DNA from: an uncultured Pseudomonadota bacterium
Lineage (GTDB): Bacteria; Oederibacteriota; Muellerivitia; Muellerivitales; Muellerivitaceae
Length of the DNA stretch: 64,000 nt
Reading direction: 5' to 3'
Assembly: GCA_963836235.1 (NCBI GenBank)
Contig: CAWIIP010000002.1
Location: forward strand, 832,001 to 896,000
The notes below the pieces were generated by a model that saw nothing but the letters and a program-made list of their open reading frames with translations, did no database searches and was not told the DNA's origin. The position numbers and the translations under genes were made by a program. Shown piece by piece: positions 1 to 10,031 of this stretch (position 1 is its first letter; every line of letters starts with the position of its first letter).

Positions 1-1789
1 CCTTGGGAAAACCGCAAAGGTCGAGAACGCCGTATTGGGAAGCGATGGCCGGAAAATGGAAAGGGTTTTCCTCGCCCCGGTAGTCGAAACCCGTCCAAAG
101 GAAGAGCCCCGCCAGATAGGGTCTTGCCATGTAGTACTTCCATGTTTTTTCGATGCTGGCCCCATCCTCCTTGAGGTCGCTGGGAGCCATATGGGCATAT
201 TGGCTGTCGTCATAGAAACCCCGTGTCTGGTGAGTGTCGCTTTCCTCGGTGGCCATGCTGGGTTGGTTGGGGAAATCTTTGTGCTGTTCGTCAGTGTTGC
301 CGTGCTCGTAATAGTTGTAGCCCATCAAGTCGATGACGGTGGAGGTGCCCTTGCCCCATCCCCCGCTGTCCGCCGCCGTCACCCGGCGGGTCGGGTCCAG
401 CCGCTCTACGAAATCCTGCATGGGAGGGACGATCTGGGCCCCCTTCTCGTTGCCCTCGATGTTCCATTCCTCATTGCCCAATGACCAGGCAAAAACGCAG
501 GGATGGTTGCGGTCTAGCAGGACCATCCGCTTCAAGCGGTCCATGATTTCTGGGCTCGTGCCCATCAGGCGGTTTTCCACCAGCACCAGCATTCCCAGCC
601 TGTCGCAGGCGTCCAGCAGTTCGGGCGTGGGCGGATTGTGGGCGCAGCGGTAGGCGTTGCAGCCCATTTCCTTGAGTTTTTTGATCCGGTAATATTGCAG
701 GGCGTCCGGCAAGGCCACTCCCACCCCCGCGTGATCCTGGTGGTTGGAAGTGCCCTTCAGTTCCACGTGCTGGCCATTGAGGAACATGCCTTTATCGGGA
801 TCGAAAGTGATGGTGCGGATGCCGAAAGTGGTCTCGGTTCGGTCCATAACTTCCCCTCCGGATTTGACGGTGGTCACCAACTGGTATAAGTAAGGGGATT
901 CAATGGACCAAAGCTTGGGTTGGGGAACTTGGACTTGAATGGAAAACTCCCCTACCGATCCCGGCTCAAGGGTCAAGTCCTTCTGATGCCCCAGGGCGAC
1001 GCTTTTTCCCCGCTCATCAAGGATTTCCTGGTCGACGTCAAAAACAGTTTTCGTGGTTCCGTCGTCCACCACGGTGGTTTTGGCGGTCACTAAGGTGGCG
1101 TCATCCACCACTTGCGAGTTGACGAAGGTACCGTTGTAATCCACGTGCAATGGGGCCGTCTTGGTCAGCCAGACGTGCCGGTAAATTCCCGCCCCTTCGT
1201 AAAACCATCCTTCCTCCATGGTCGCGTCCACCCTCACCGCCACCGTGTTCTCTCCGCCATAATTGAGAACGTCGGTGATGTCGTAGCGGAAGTTGTTGTA
1301 ACCGCTTTCCTCCTTACCCATGTAAAAGCCGTTCACGAATACCGCCGCGTCCCGGTAGACCCCGTCGAACTCAATGCTGACACGCCGCCCCTGGTCGGTC
1401 TTGGCGATGAAGAAGGTCTTGCGGTACCATCCCACGCTGGCTTCGGGAAAGGCACGGCCAATGGCTTTGTAACCGTGGCTGAAACTACCCTTCTCGTCGA
1501 AGGGCTGTTCCACCGCCCAATCATGGGGCAAGTTAATCACCCGCCAGGCTCGGTCGTCGAACTTGGGGTCCGCCGGCCCGTCTCCCGAACCCGCCTTGGC
1601 GAAGTAAGAGAAATACCCCGTCCCGAATCCGAAATCCTTGTCCGGGTCAGTGGCATGACCCAGCGCGAAACGCCAGCCGAAATCCATCAGGAGCCGCTCC
1701 CGGGGGGAAGCAGGTTCCTTGGCTTGACTGGGAACGGAGCTAACCACCGTCAATATTAAGAACAAAAGCAGAAAAGCCATTTTTTTCAT
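1..1789 (-). CDS. Secreted GH2 beta-galactosidase (GalA-like); 3' end runs off the window
   Basis: Not in the ORF track, translated by hand from ATG at 1789. Signal peptide MKKMAFLLLFLIL, then LPHDW, GWYRKTF, FDGVYR, LKGTSNHQDHAGVG and DRNHPCVFAWSLGNE (GH2 acid/base NE motif). Confidence 0.92.
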   Translation of the reverse strand, partial: MKKMAFLLLFLILTVVSSVPSQAKEPASPRERLLMDFGWRFALGHATDPDKDFGFGTGYFSYFAKAGSGDGPADPKFDDRAWRVINLPHDWAVEQPFDEKGSFSHGYKAIGRAFPEASVGWYRKTFFIAKTDQGRRVSIEFDGVYRDAAVFVNGFYMGKEESGYNNFRYDITDVLNYGGENTVAVRVDATMEEGWFYEGAGIYRHVWLTKTAPLHVDYNGTFVNSQVVDDATLVTAKTTVVDDGTTKTVFDVDQEILDERGKSVALGHQKDLTLEPGSVGEFSIQVQVPQPKLWSIESPYLYQLVTTVKSGGEVMDRTETTFGIRTITFDPDKGMFLNGQHVELKGTSNHQDHAGVGVALPDALQYYRIKKLKEMGCNAYRCAHNPPTPELLDACDRLGMLVLVENRLMGTSPEIMDRLKRMVLLDRNHPCVFAWSLGNEEWNIEGNEKGAQIVPPMQDFVERLDPTRRVTAADSGGWGKGTSTVIDLMGYNYYEHGNTDEQHKDFPNQPSMATEESDTHQTRGFYDDSQYAHMAPSDLKEDGASIEKTWKYYMARPYLAGLFLWTGFDYRGEENPFHFPAIASQYGVLDLCGFPK

Positions 1790-1966
1790 TTACGGGATCC
1801 TTTAAAGGAAAGTGGACCAATGATGCCACAGGTTCGGCCGGGTGCCAAAAGAGATTTTCGCCGGGAAATGACCTCATAACCATGTTCTTTTATTCCGGCC
1901 AATAGGGATAATGGAGCCCTTCTTTTCTTCCAAACCGTGAGTGGCAAAAGAACGGAGTTTCAACCC

Positions 1967-2578
1967 ATGCAAATCCGGCGCTTTTACTTTTTTTTGAAGC
2001 TATTCACCCTCTTTATCGCGCTGGTGATCGGGGAGTACCTGGCATGCAGCGCCTGCTTCCGGTGGGTCCGGCAGTCAGATTTTCTCCGGGCGGATGGGAT
2101 TTGCGTTATATCCGCGATAACCCTTTGTTATTTGATCTTCAAAAACCTCATCAAAGACGCCCTGAAAGAAGGAATACCCCGCTGGGTGGTGGCGTTATTC
2201 TTTTTATTTTTCGGCGCCTTACTGGCTTGTTTTCTGCGCTTCAGCCTCCAATTGGCCAATGGGCTTTTGGACTTTTCCCAACCCGAAATCCATCTCGTGA
2301 CCGTCAACTCGAAAATGATTTCTCCCTTCGGCGGAAGCGTCAGGGAGGGAATCAATCCCATGGCCCATATGATTTACTTCCACGATTGGGACCAAAGCGG
2401 CAATATGTGCGAAATGCTGACCCCGCAGGATTTTTATTACTCGGTCGATGACGGAAGCATGGTGCAGCTCTCCCTCCGGCAGGGCCTCTTCCACCTGCCC
2501 TGGGTCGCGGACTATCAGGCGATGGTGCCCCGCCGCATGCCCGACGGAAGCGTCCAATTGGCGCCCGCAGATAAATAA
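1967..2578 (+). CDS. Hypothetical membrane protein (about 3 TM helices plus a soluble C-terminal domain)
   Basis: ORF 1937-2578; ATG at 1967 preferred; hydrophobic segments. Confidence 0.7.
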   Translation: MQIRRFYFFLKLFTLFIALVIGEYLACSACFRWVRQSDFLRADGICVISAITLCYLIFKNLIKDALKEGIPRWVVALFFLFFGALLACFLRFSLQLANGLLDFSQPEIHLVTVNSKMISPFGGSVREGINPMAHMIYFHDWDQSGNMCEMLTPQDFYYSVDDGSMVQLSLRQGLFHLPWVADYQAMVPRRMPDGSVQLAPADK

Positions 2579-2650
2579 AAAGGAGGACTGAGTAATCTGT
2601 CAAAGCCCCCTCTTTCGGGGGATAATGGGTCAAACTCAAGGAGATGGAAC

Positions 2651-3022
2651 ATGGGCGACAAAGCCGAGATCAAATGGCTTCCCGAACCCGAGGACAAGGA
2701 CTATCCGGCGGCCCAATCCTACTTAGGCCTCCTGCATAACGATTCGGAAAGCCTCGGCCTGGTGAGAAAACTCAAGGACGCCAAAGTCATCCCGTTCAAG
2801 GCCAAGGACATCTTCCGGGCCTCGGGGCTTTCTCTGCTGGGCATCAGCAATACACATGTCACCAGGGACCAACAGAAAATCAAGGAAGGCAAAGCCCTCT
2901 CGCCTCTCTTGCTGGTGCGGGATCCCCAAAACGGCAAGGTGGTCATCGCTGACGGCTATCACCGCCTCTGCGCGGTTTATTCCTTGAACGAGGACGAAAT
3001 GATTCCCTGCAAGATCGTTTAG
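2651..3022 (+). CDS. Small stand-alone ParB/sulfiredoxin-like domain protein
   Basis: SPLLLVRD...VVIADGYHRL motif; AGGAG/GGA RBS upstream. Confidence 0.7.
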   Translation: MGDKAEIKWLPEPEDKDYPAAQSYLGLLHNDSESLGLVRKLKDAKVIPFKAKDIFRASGLSLLGISNTHVTRDQQKIKEGKALSPLLLVRDPQNGKVVIADGYHRLCAVYSLNEDEMIPCKIV

Positions 3023-3034
3023 CGGCACCCCTCT

Positions 3035-4045
3035 TTAATTAAAAACATAGCGTACTTCCCCGCCGAAGGTATCGGCGTTTCGATCCACCGTCGTCGTGTC
3101 GTTATTGGGGACCGTCGCGTAGGTGCTGGCGCTGTTGCCGTAAAAGTCATGGGTATAGATCGCCGACGCGACGAACCGGCCGGGGGTTAATTGATAGTTC
3201 AATGCCCCGACCAGGGTGGTGATATTCCCGGGCTGGCTGGTGAAGTCGATCAACTTGCCGCTGCTGTTGGTGAAGGAGGCGTCGGCGTCGCCGGTGAAAG
3301 TTTGGGACACGCCCGCGTTGAGAGAGAAGACTTCGTTGAAGCGCGTCTGCGTTGTTATATAGAAGGCATATTGCCAGTTGGAATCGTAACTGGTGGTGAT
3401 ATTGTTCGACTGGTTTAAAGTGGTCCGGGCTCCCAAATAGTCCCCGCTGAATTCCCCGTAAATCGTAAAGCTCTTGGTCTTATAGCTCAGCGCGGTGCTG
3501 AAATCCGCCATGGCCCCCCCGCGCGCCACGGTTCCGTTCAGTTCCGGGGTGGCCGATTGGGCGCTGATCAGGTTGGGAGCGTAGGAACCGATCAGGTCCC
3601 AATTAAAGGCTTTATCCTTCTGATCCAACACTCGCCAGACCGCCGAGATCGTGGGGTCCCCCAGTCCGTCCGAGGTGGTGATAGTGCTGGCACCCGAGGG
3701 GGGACTATTGGTCGATCCGAGCAATTGGAAAAACCCGCTGACCCGCAGGGTGAGATCGTCGGTAATGCCGTAATCCAATAGCTGGTTGATCGAGGTGATG
3801 GCCGTGTTATTGGAACTCAACAGGACGCCCAAGTGGTTATTCGTGTTCGAATTGGCTTCCCCCAGGGTAAATTCGGTAGCGCCGAAAATCTGGGCTCCCA
3901 GGGGCAGGTAGGCGGGATCGGAAATCACGCGCGAAGCGTCGGGGGTAAAATCAAAGGCCAGAACCCGCATCGGCAAGAGGACCAAAGCCAATCCCAAACC
4001 AAATCGATAAAGACCCCCAGCAAAGTCATGCCGAGTCATCCTCAT
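3035..4045 (-). CDS. Putative outer-membrane beta-barrel protein
   Basis: Signal peptide ending VLA-F, alternating beta-strand pattern, C-terminal VRYVFN. Confidence 0.65.
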   Translation of the reverse strand: MRMTRHDFAGGLYRFGLGLALVLLPMRVLAFDFTPDASRVISDPAYLPLGAQIFGATEFTLGEANSNTNNHLGVLLSSNNTAITSINQLLDYGITDDLTLRVSGFFQLLGSTNSPPSGASTITTSDGLGDPTISAVWRVLDQKDKAFNWDLIGSYAPNLISAQSATPELNGTVARGGAMADFSTALSYKTKSFTIYGEFSGDYLGARTTLNQSNNITTSYDSNWQYAFYITTQTRFNEVFSLNAGVSQTFTGDADASFTNSSGKLIDFTSQPGNITTLVGALNYQLTPGRFVASAIYTHDFYGNSASTYATVPNNDTTTVDRNADTFGGEVRYVFN

Positions 4046-4071
4046 GATCTTCTCTCTTTGCTCATTTCTTT

Positions 4072-6861
4072 TTACCGGATGACCACAACCCTGGCGACTT
4101 TGACATCGAGGGGCCGCTGAAGTTGAATCAAATAGACGCCGCTGGCCACGGGATCCTTGTGAGTATTGGTCCCGTCCCATTGGTACCAAATGTCGATGGC
4201 CCGGGTCAGTTCCTGATTATCGAGAATCTTGATGAGTTCGCCGGCGGTGTTGTAAACGCGCAGCGAATAGGGCCCGTTGTAGTCGGCGCTCCCCACATGG
4301 ATGGAAAGGGTGTCGGTCCCCTCCCTCATCAGGTTCAAGGAAAGGTAAAAGAGGTCGGTGCCCGGCGTAAAGGTGATGGTCGGCGTCGAGGTGGCCGTAA
4401 AAGTGGACGTGATGGTGGGAGTCAAGGTCGGGCTGGACGTGGGGGTGGTCGTCGCCGTGCGGGTCGGAGTAAGGGTGATCGTGGGAGTGAGGGTAATGGT
4501 GGAAGTAGGGGTGGAGCTCGATGTCGCGCTGGGCGTTTGGGTCGCGGTGGAACTGGCCGTGAGGGTCGGCGTCCCCGTCACGGTGGCGGTGGCTGTGGAC
4601 GTCGCGGTATTGGTGGGAGTGGAGGTGGGTGTCCCGGTGACGGCGCTTAAACTAAACTTGGTGATGAAGCCGTCCGTCCCTCCGGCGGTGGCGGTTTGGA
4701 AAGCGCCCGCCGTCGTTGGGAAATTGGTGGAAAAGCTGCCACCCGTCTCATAAATGTTCCCGCTCGTGTCCACGGCGATACCTTCGCCGTAATCAGTCCC
4801 ACTCCCACCCAAGTAGGTCGAGTAAACCAATGCCGATCCGGAGGGGTTCACCTCGGTCACAAAGGCGTCATCACCACCGGCGTTGGCCGACTGGTAGGCC
4901 CCTGCCGTGGTGGGAAAATTAGTGGAGCTGGTGTAACCCGAGACATAGGCATTTCCGCTGGAATCCACCGCGATGCCTTCCGCCGAATCGAAGCTGCTGC
5001 CGCCCAAATAAGTCGAATAGGATAACCCCGTCCCCGAGGGGTTCAGTTTGGTCAAGAAGGCGGTCGTCACGGCGCCGCTGGCGGTTTGGAAGGCGCCCGC
5101 GGTCGCCAAGGATGAGGTCGAAGTGGTGAACCCGGTGATATAGGCGCTTCCGGAGCCATCCACCGCGATGGCGAAACTATAAACACCCAAGTTCCCGCCC
5201 ACGTAAGTCGAGTAGACCAGTCCCGTTCCCGAGGGATTCAATTTGGTCACATAAGCGTCCGTCACCCCCGAACTGGCGGTTTGATAGGCCCCGGCCATCG
5301 TGGGGAAATTAGTGGAGGTGGTAAACCCTGTCACATAGGCGCTGCCTGCCGAATCCACGGCAATTCCGAAACCGTCCTCAATACCGCTTCCGCCGAGATA
5401 GGTGGAATAGACCAGCCCCGAACCCGCCGGGTTCAATTTGGTCACGAAGCTGTCATCCACCCCGCCCGCGGCAACCGTTTGAAAGGCTCCGGGGGTCGTC
5501 GGAAAATTGGTGGCGCTCGTAATGCCGGTCACATAAGCGTCTCCGGCCGCGTCCACCGCGATGCCCCTGGCGTAATCATTACTGCCGGTCCCGTCCAAAT
5601 AGGTGGAATAAAGCAGGGCGGTTCCCGTGGGATTCAATTTGCTGACGAAAGTCATCCATCCGCTGTCGATGGCCGTCGGTTGGTAGGCCCCCGGCGTGGT
5701 GGGGAAATTGCTTGAAAGCAAGGAACCGGTCACATAGGCGTCCCCGGCCGCGTCCACGGCGATCGACTCGCCGTAGTCATCCAGGTTCCCCCCCAGCAAG
5801 GTGGAATAAAGGATCGCGGTTCCCGTCGGGTTCAACTTGGCGACAAAAGCGTCATAGCCTCCGGCGTTGGTCGTTTGGATGGCCCCAGCGGTGGTTGGGA
5901 AATTGGTGGAATTAGTTTGGCCGGTCACGTAGATGTTCCCGCTCGAATCCACGGCGACGCTCGAGACCACATCCGTCCCGTTTCCTCCCAGGAGAGTGGA
6001 ATAGGAAACCGTCGGGTCGATGACCAGCGGGCGTGTCCTATCGTAAGGACCCAATTGGAAGCCAATTTTGGACTTTTCCAAAAAGACGTAGCGGCACTCG
6101 ACCTCGACCTTTCCCGAGGCCGTGGTTTGGTAAACTCTCGGGGCGTGAAATACCACATCGCTCTTGGCCCCTTGCCCGTCACTCGTCGAGTTACGGGATT
6201 CGCCCAATGGCTTTTCCCGGACTTTTAAAATCAAATTTCCAACTCCGTCCAAGGTCAGTTTTTTCGCGCCCACATAGTCCAATTGGAGAAGACCCGGGTC
6301 CGCTCCCGGATGGACGATGAAGTCATATTCTAGGTTTTCCTGGTTTCCGTAATAGACCATGTCGATCCCCGGATAAATATTTTCCGCTTTCACTTTCGCG
6401 TATAAGGGCACATGACTGTGCCAACGCGACGGATCATTGCCGATGAAGTAATTGGAAAAGCCGGGTGTTTCTTCTTCTCCCCGCCAGACCGCCTTGGGGT
6501 CGGCTCCCGGCAGGCGCAGCCGGACAACCTCCGATGGAACCCTTTTTGATTCCGGTTTTTTCGTTTTGTCCGGGCTCAGGCAAAAGACGGCTTCCCGGGG
6601 CGTGATGAAAAGGCTGTAAACCCTTCCCCGGGAGATAAACCTTACCTGGGGATCCACTTGGCCCTGGTTGGCCTCAAAGGCCAGGGGAAATTTGCCGTAA
6701 GCCTGGTTGATCCGGGCCGGTTGAATCGCGGAAGGGCGGGCGGTTTTAAGGGCGGTGACTTCGGGAATCTTTAAAAGAGGGTCGGCATCCTTGGCGCCCA
6801 GGGAGAAAAAAACACAAACAGCGGGGGCCAAGAAACTAAAAACATTTTTATGAAGCTTCAT
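4072..6861 (-). CDS. Secreted SBBP (beta-propeller) repeat protein with Thr/Pro linker and FlgD/T9SS-like C-terminal domain
   Basis: FEANQGQ N-domain; repeated YSTYLGG...IAVDxxGxAYVTGxTxSxNFPTT; TPT linker; VYNTAGELIK...WDG...VASGVY. Confidence 0.92.
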   Translation of the reverse strand: MKLHKNVFSFLAPAVCVFFSLGAKDADPLLKIPEVTALKTARPSAIQPARINQAYGKFPLAFEANQGQVDPQVRFISRGRVYSLFITPREAVFCLSPDKTKKPESKRVPSEVVRLRLPGADPKAVWRGEEETPGFSNYFIGNDPSRWHSHVPLYAKVKAENIYPGIDMVYYGNQENLEYDFIVHPGADPGLLQLDYVGAKKLTLDGVGNLILKVREKPLGESRNSTSDGQGAKSDVVFHAPRVYQTTASGKVEVECRYVFLEKSKIGFQLGPYDRTRPLVIDPTVSYSTLLGGNGTDVVSSVAVDSSGNIYVTGQTNSTNFPTTAGAIQTTNAGGYDAFVAKLNPTGTAILYSTLLGGNLDDYGESIAVDAAGDAYVTGSLLSSNFPTTPGAYQPTAIDSGWMTFVSKLNPTGTALLYSTYLDGTGSNDYARGIAVDAAGDAYVTGITSATNFPTTPGAFQTVAAGGVDDSFVTKLNPAGSGLVYSTYLGGSGIEDGFGIAVDSAGSAYVTGFTTSTNFPTMAGAYQTASSGVTDAYVTKLNPSGTGLVYSTYVGGNLGVYSFAIAVDGSGSAYITGFTTSTSSLATAGAFQTASGAVTTAFLTKLNPSGTGLSYSTYLGGSSFDSAEGIAVDSSGNAYVSGYTSSTNFPTTAGAYQSANAGGDDAFVTEVNPSGSALVYSTYLGGSGTDYGEGIAVDTSGNIYETGGSFSTNFPTTAGAFQTATAGGTDGFITKFSLSAVTGTPTSTPTNTATSTATATVTGTPTLTASSTATQTPSATSSSTPTSTITLTPTITLTPTRTATTTPTSSPTLTPTITSTFTATSTPTITFTPGTDLFYLSLNLMREGTDTLSIHVGSADYNGPYSLRVYNTAGELIKILDNQELTRAIDIWYQWDGTNTHKDPVASGVYLIQLQRPLDVKVARVVVIR

Positions 6862-7112
6862 TAAACCAATCCGTTATAAATATTCACAACGATTAAACCC
6901 TGAACCCGCGTTGGAGACGCGTAAAGACTAACAAAGTTTATCATAGGAAAATCCAAAATCGCCGAAGGAAAGCATAACCCAGTGATGGATTAACCCCTTT
7001 AATTTCAAAGGTAATTCCTGGGATCGGACCTTTGTTCCATTCAAAAGGCCGGACCTGTTCGGTTCTATTTAAATCCGCTTGAATGTAAAATGACTTTCCA
7101 AAAGGCGGCCCC

Positions 7113-7451
7113 ATGGCTTACGACGAGAAATTGGCGGATCGAATCCGAGAAATCTTGGGCAAATCCAAATCCATCACCGAAAAGAAGATGTTCGGGGGAA
7201 TTTGCTTTCTTTATGAGGGCAAGATGATCGGCGGTGTCCTCAAAAACGAGATGGTCGTCAAGATCGGGGCGGAAAACCACAATAAGGCCATGGCCCTGAA
7301 ACACGTCAGGTCTTTCAACTTCACCGGCAAGCCCATGGTGGGGATTGTTTACGTGGCCCCCGAAGCCCTCAAGACGAAAAAGGATTTGGCCAAGTGGGTC
7401 GAAATGGGGAGGGCTCACGCCCAAAGCCTGCCCCCGAAGAAAAAGAAATAA
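7113..7451 (+). CDS. TfoX/Sxy N-terminal domain protein
   Basis: MAYDEKLADRIR...EKKMFGG...TGKPM motifs. Confidence 0.85.
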   Translation: MAYDEKLADRIREILGKSKSITEKKMFGGICFLYEGKMIGGVLKNEMVVKIGAENHNKAMALKHVRSFNFTGKPMVGIVYVAPEALKTKKDLAKWVEMGRAHAQSLPPKKKK

Positions 7452-7462
7452 GAAAACGCGCA

Positions 7463-7837
7463 ATGGCGATGAACAAAAAAATCCCGAAGACGATAGATGA
7501 TTATATCGGCCGCTATCCGGAAGAGGTTCAGCGGCTTTTAACACGGATGCGCCGGACGATCCAAAAGGCCGCCCCGCAAGCGAAGGAAAAGATCCGCTAC
7601 CGCATTCCCACCTTCACCTTGAGGGGGAATCTCGTTCATTTCGGGGCCTTCACCACCCACATTAGCTTTTTCCCAACCTCCTCAGGGATCACGGCCTTCC
7701 AAAAGGAGCTCTCGACCTATAAGACCTCTCGGGGAACGGTCCAATTCCCTTTCGACAAGCCCCTGCCATTGGCCCTGGTGGGCCGCATCGTGAAGTTTCG
7801 GGTGAAGGAAAGTTTGGATAAGGGAAAGAAAAAGTAA
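7463..7837 (+). CDS. DUF1801 (YdhG-like) protein
   Basis: TIDDYI...AAPQAKEKIRYRIPTF...GTVQFPFDKPLP. Confidence 0.85.
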   Translation: MAMNKKIPKTIDDYIGRYPEEVQRLLTRMRRTIQKAAPQAKEKIRYRIPTFTLRGNLVHFGAFTTHISFFPTSSGITAFQKELSTYKTSRGTVQFPFDKPLPLALVGRIVKFRVKESLDKGKKK

Positions 7838-7858
7838 CCCTCGAAAAAGGGAAGGGTC

Positions 7859-8824
7859 TCAGCCCCCGAATTGATTCGCGACGTCAACGGCCACTCGTCC
7901 TATCACTTCCCCGGCTTTCAATCGCGCCAAGCCCTTGGCCACGTCCCGGACTGCAATCGTGGAATCCAGGGGAACCTCTAGGCCGCTGGTCAGCCATTCC
8001 CCAAGCAATTGAAGGTCCGCCGCTTTTGATTTCACCATCAAGAATTTGGCGCGGGTTTTCGAAAAAAGACTCGCCATCAGGTCCACCCCGAAGGTGAGCG
8101 AGGGAAGGGTGGTGACATAAGCTCCGCCTGGCTTCAGCAGGACTTTCCACTGGCTCCAACGGTATCCCGCCGCCGAATCGAAGACCACGTCAAAGGGGCC
8201 TTGGGCCGCGGAAATCGGGTCCGTGGATTTCCGGTCGATCACGGTCTCGGCGCCCAATCGGCGGGCTAGTTCCAGTCCCTTTCCCGAACCCACGCCTGTG
8301 ACCTTCGCCCCCAGCCGTTGGGCGATGCCGATGGCGATGGAACCCACGCCCCCCGATATTCCCGTGATCAGCACCCGTGACCCCGGACCGAGGCGGCCCA
8401 GGTCCCGCAGGGACTGAAGGGCGGAAAGCCCGGTAGTCGCGGAAGCGGCCGCTTGGAGATGGGTAACGCCCGAGGGCTTCAGGGCCAGCTCATCGATTTT
8501 GGCGATCAGTGTTTCCGCGAAGGCGCCCCGGCGGTTGCCCATGCCGTAGGGCAGGAAGCCGAAGATATCGTCTCCGACTTTCACCCGATCCACTCCAGGA
8601 CCTAGCGCTTCGATAGTCCCGGAAAAATCATAGCCCACTACCATTGGAAAATTCCGACCGTGAAGGAATTTCATGGTTCCCAAGACCACTTTATAATCGG
8701 CGGGATTCAAGGCCGAGGCGCAAACCCGAACTCTCGCCTCCCCTTGGTCCGGTTCGGGGGTTGGAATTTCAAAAACTTGAAGTTGTCCCAAAGGCCCATA
8801 TTGTTTTGTCGCCATAACACGCAT
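7859..8824 (-). CDS. NAD(P)-dependent oxidoreductase, MDR/quinone-reductase-like family
   Basis: ALNPADYK, GYDFSG, GISGGVG nucleotide-binding motif; ATG at 8824. Confidence 0.9.
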   Translation of the reverse strand: MRVMATKQYGPLGQLQVFEIPTPEPDQGEARVRVCASALNPADYKVVLGTMKFLHGRNFPMVVGYDFSGTIEALGPGVDRVKVGDDIFGFLPYGMGNRRGAFAETLIAKIDELALKPSGVTHLQAAASATTGLSALQSLRDLGRLGPGSRVLITGISGGVGSIAIGIAQRLGAKVTGVGSGKGLELARRLGAETVIDRKSTDPISAAQGPFDVVFDSAAGYRWSQWKVLLKPGGAYVTTLPSLTFGVDLMASLFSKTRAKFLMVKSKAADLQLLGEWLTSGLEVPLDSTIAVRDVAKGLARLKAGEVIGRVAVDVANQFGG

Positions 8825-8990
8825 AAATCCACCTGCTTTCGTTGGGTTCACGACACTGTCTTTGCCGTGGGCATTTAACAATTAAGTTCCAGGGGATATC
8901 AAGAAGACCCACTCAAAAACGCCGGAACATCCTCTTTAGTGGTACTATTTGAAATATCTTTTTTTCAATATTTAAATGGCGGGGCGACTA

Positions 8991-9599
8991 ATGAAAAAAA
9001 CTTTATTCTTCGGGGCGGTGATTCTGGCGTCCCTGGTTCCCCTGGCCTGCCAAAAAAACTATTATCTCGGGCCCCTGTCCACCACGCCGACCTTTACTCC
9101 TACACCCACTGGAACCCCCACAGCCACCTCCACGCCGGTCTGTTATTTTGGTGCTCCTGGCCTGGTGGGCGCGGCCCTTCCCTCCGGAGCCAATCCCAGT
9201 GCCGTTCCCCAAACCAATCCTGCGGGCGGCGCTCCTTTCACCATCATCCGCACTCAGGCCGACTGGGATGCTTTATACGGCACTTCCTCACCGCCCGCGG
9301 CTCCGGTCGACTTCTCCACGGATATGTTGATCATTGTTTCCAATGCCCTTTGCTGTCCCTCTCTCATCACTTCGATCGCCGGGGTTTGCGAAGGGGCGGG
9401 CCAGGTGAATATTACGGTAAGTGAAAGGGTTCCAGCGGTCGAATGCTACGAGGTTTGTTTTGGCTCTACCTATTCCGCGGTGGCGGTACCCACTTCCAAC
9501 TTGCCGGTGACTTGGACCGTCGCCGACTTCCTTCCGGGCTTGGGAACGACCCCCATAGTTTTTCCCCTCATCACGCCAACGCCCAGCCCCACCCCGTAA
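8991..9599 (+). CDS. Cys-rich lipoprotein with Thr/Pro linker and PrcB-C-like domain
   Basis: Lipobox PLAC; IRTQADWDALY...PVDFSTDMLI pattern. Confidence 0.65.
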   Translation: MKKTLFFGAVILASLVPLACQKNYYLGPLSTTPTFTPTPTGTPTATSTPVCYFGAPGLVGAALPSGANPSAVPQTNPAGGAPFTIIRTQADWDALYGTSSPPAAPVDFSTDMLIIVSNALCCPSLITSIAGVCEGAGQVNITVSERVPAVECYEVCFGSTYSAVAVPTSNLPVTWTVADFLPGLGTTPIVFPLITPTPSPTP

Positions 9600-9607
9600 C
9601 CCTGCCC

Positions 9608-9961
9608 TCAGCGGACCTGCGTCAGGTAAAGATGAGTCCCATCCATGTCCTTGAAGAAAGCCAGCAGGTTCACCTCGTTCTCCTGGTACTGAAACACGAC
9701 GCCCTTCTCCTCCAGCTCCTTGGCGGTTTTTCGAAGGTCCTGCACCTCGAACCCAATGGAAATATGGTTTTCTTTTGGCGCCGGGTGGGCCCCCGGCCTT
9801 TTGGGGTGCAGGCCAACAGTCAGTCCCTTGGTGGTCATCTCCGCCCAACTGTCCCCGAAACGCAGGTCCTCATAGAGCCCCAAGAGCCCGTTGTAAAATT
9901 CCACCGCCTTGTCGAGATCGGCGACCATGATGGTGACATAGGCTTTTTTGATTTCGGGCAT
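9608..9961 (-). CDS. VOC/glyoxalase family protein
   Basis: VADLDKAVEFY...LGL, IGFEVQD, FFKDMDG; AGGAG RBS. Confidence 0.9.
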   Translation of the reverse strand: MPEIKKAYVTIMVADLDKAVEFYNGLLGLYEDLRFGDSWAEMTTKGLTVGLHPKRPGAHPAPKENHISIGFEVQDLRKTAKELEEKGVVFQYQENEVNLLAFFKDMDGTHLYLTQVR

Positions 9962-9980
9962 CGTTGCGCTCCTGGATTTA
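9825..9980. repeat. Direct repeat A copy 1 (RBS and 5' part of the VOC gene)
   Basis: Aligns without gaps to 10753-10908, about 10 mismatches in 156 bp by manual count. Confidence 0.95.
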
Positions 9981-10031
9981 GAACTTGAAAGTGTCCTGCC
10001 CGCCCTACGAAAATTTACTTCAGGGGCTTCT

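Noticed and set aside
35-1759. Plus-strand ORFs listed at the window start
   Set aside because: Shadows of the minus-strand GH2 gene, which the track omits because its stop is outside the window.
4358-4753. Val/Gly-rich plus-strand ORF
   Set aside because: Reverse-complement artefact of the Thr/Pro linker codons.
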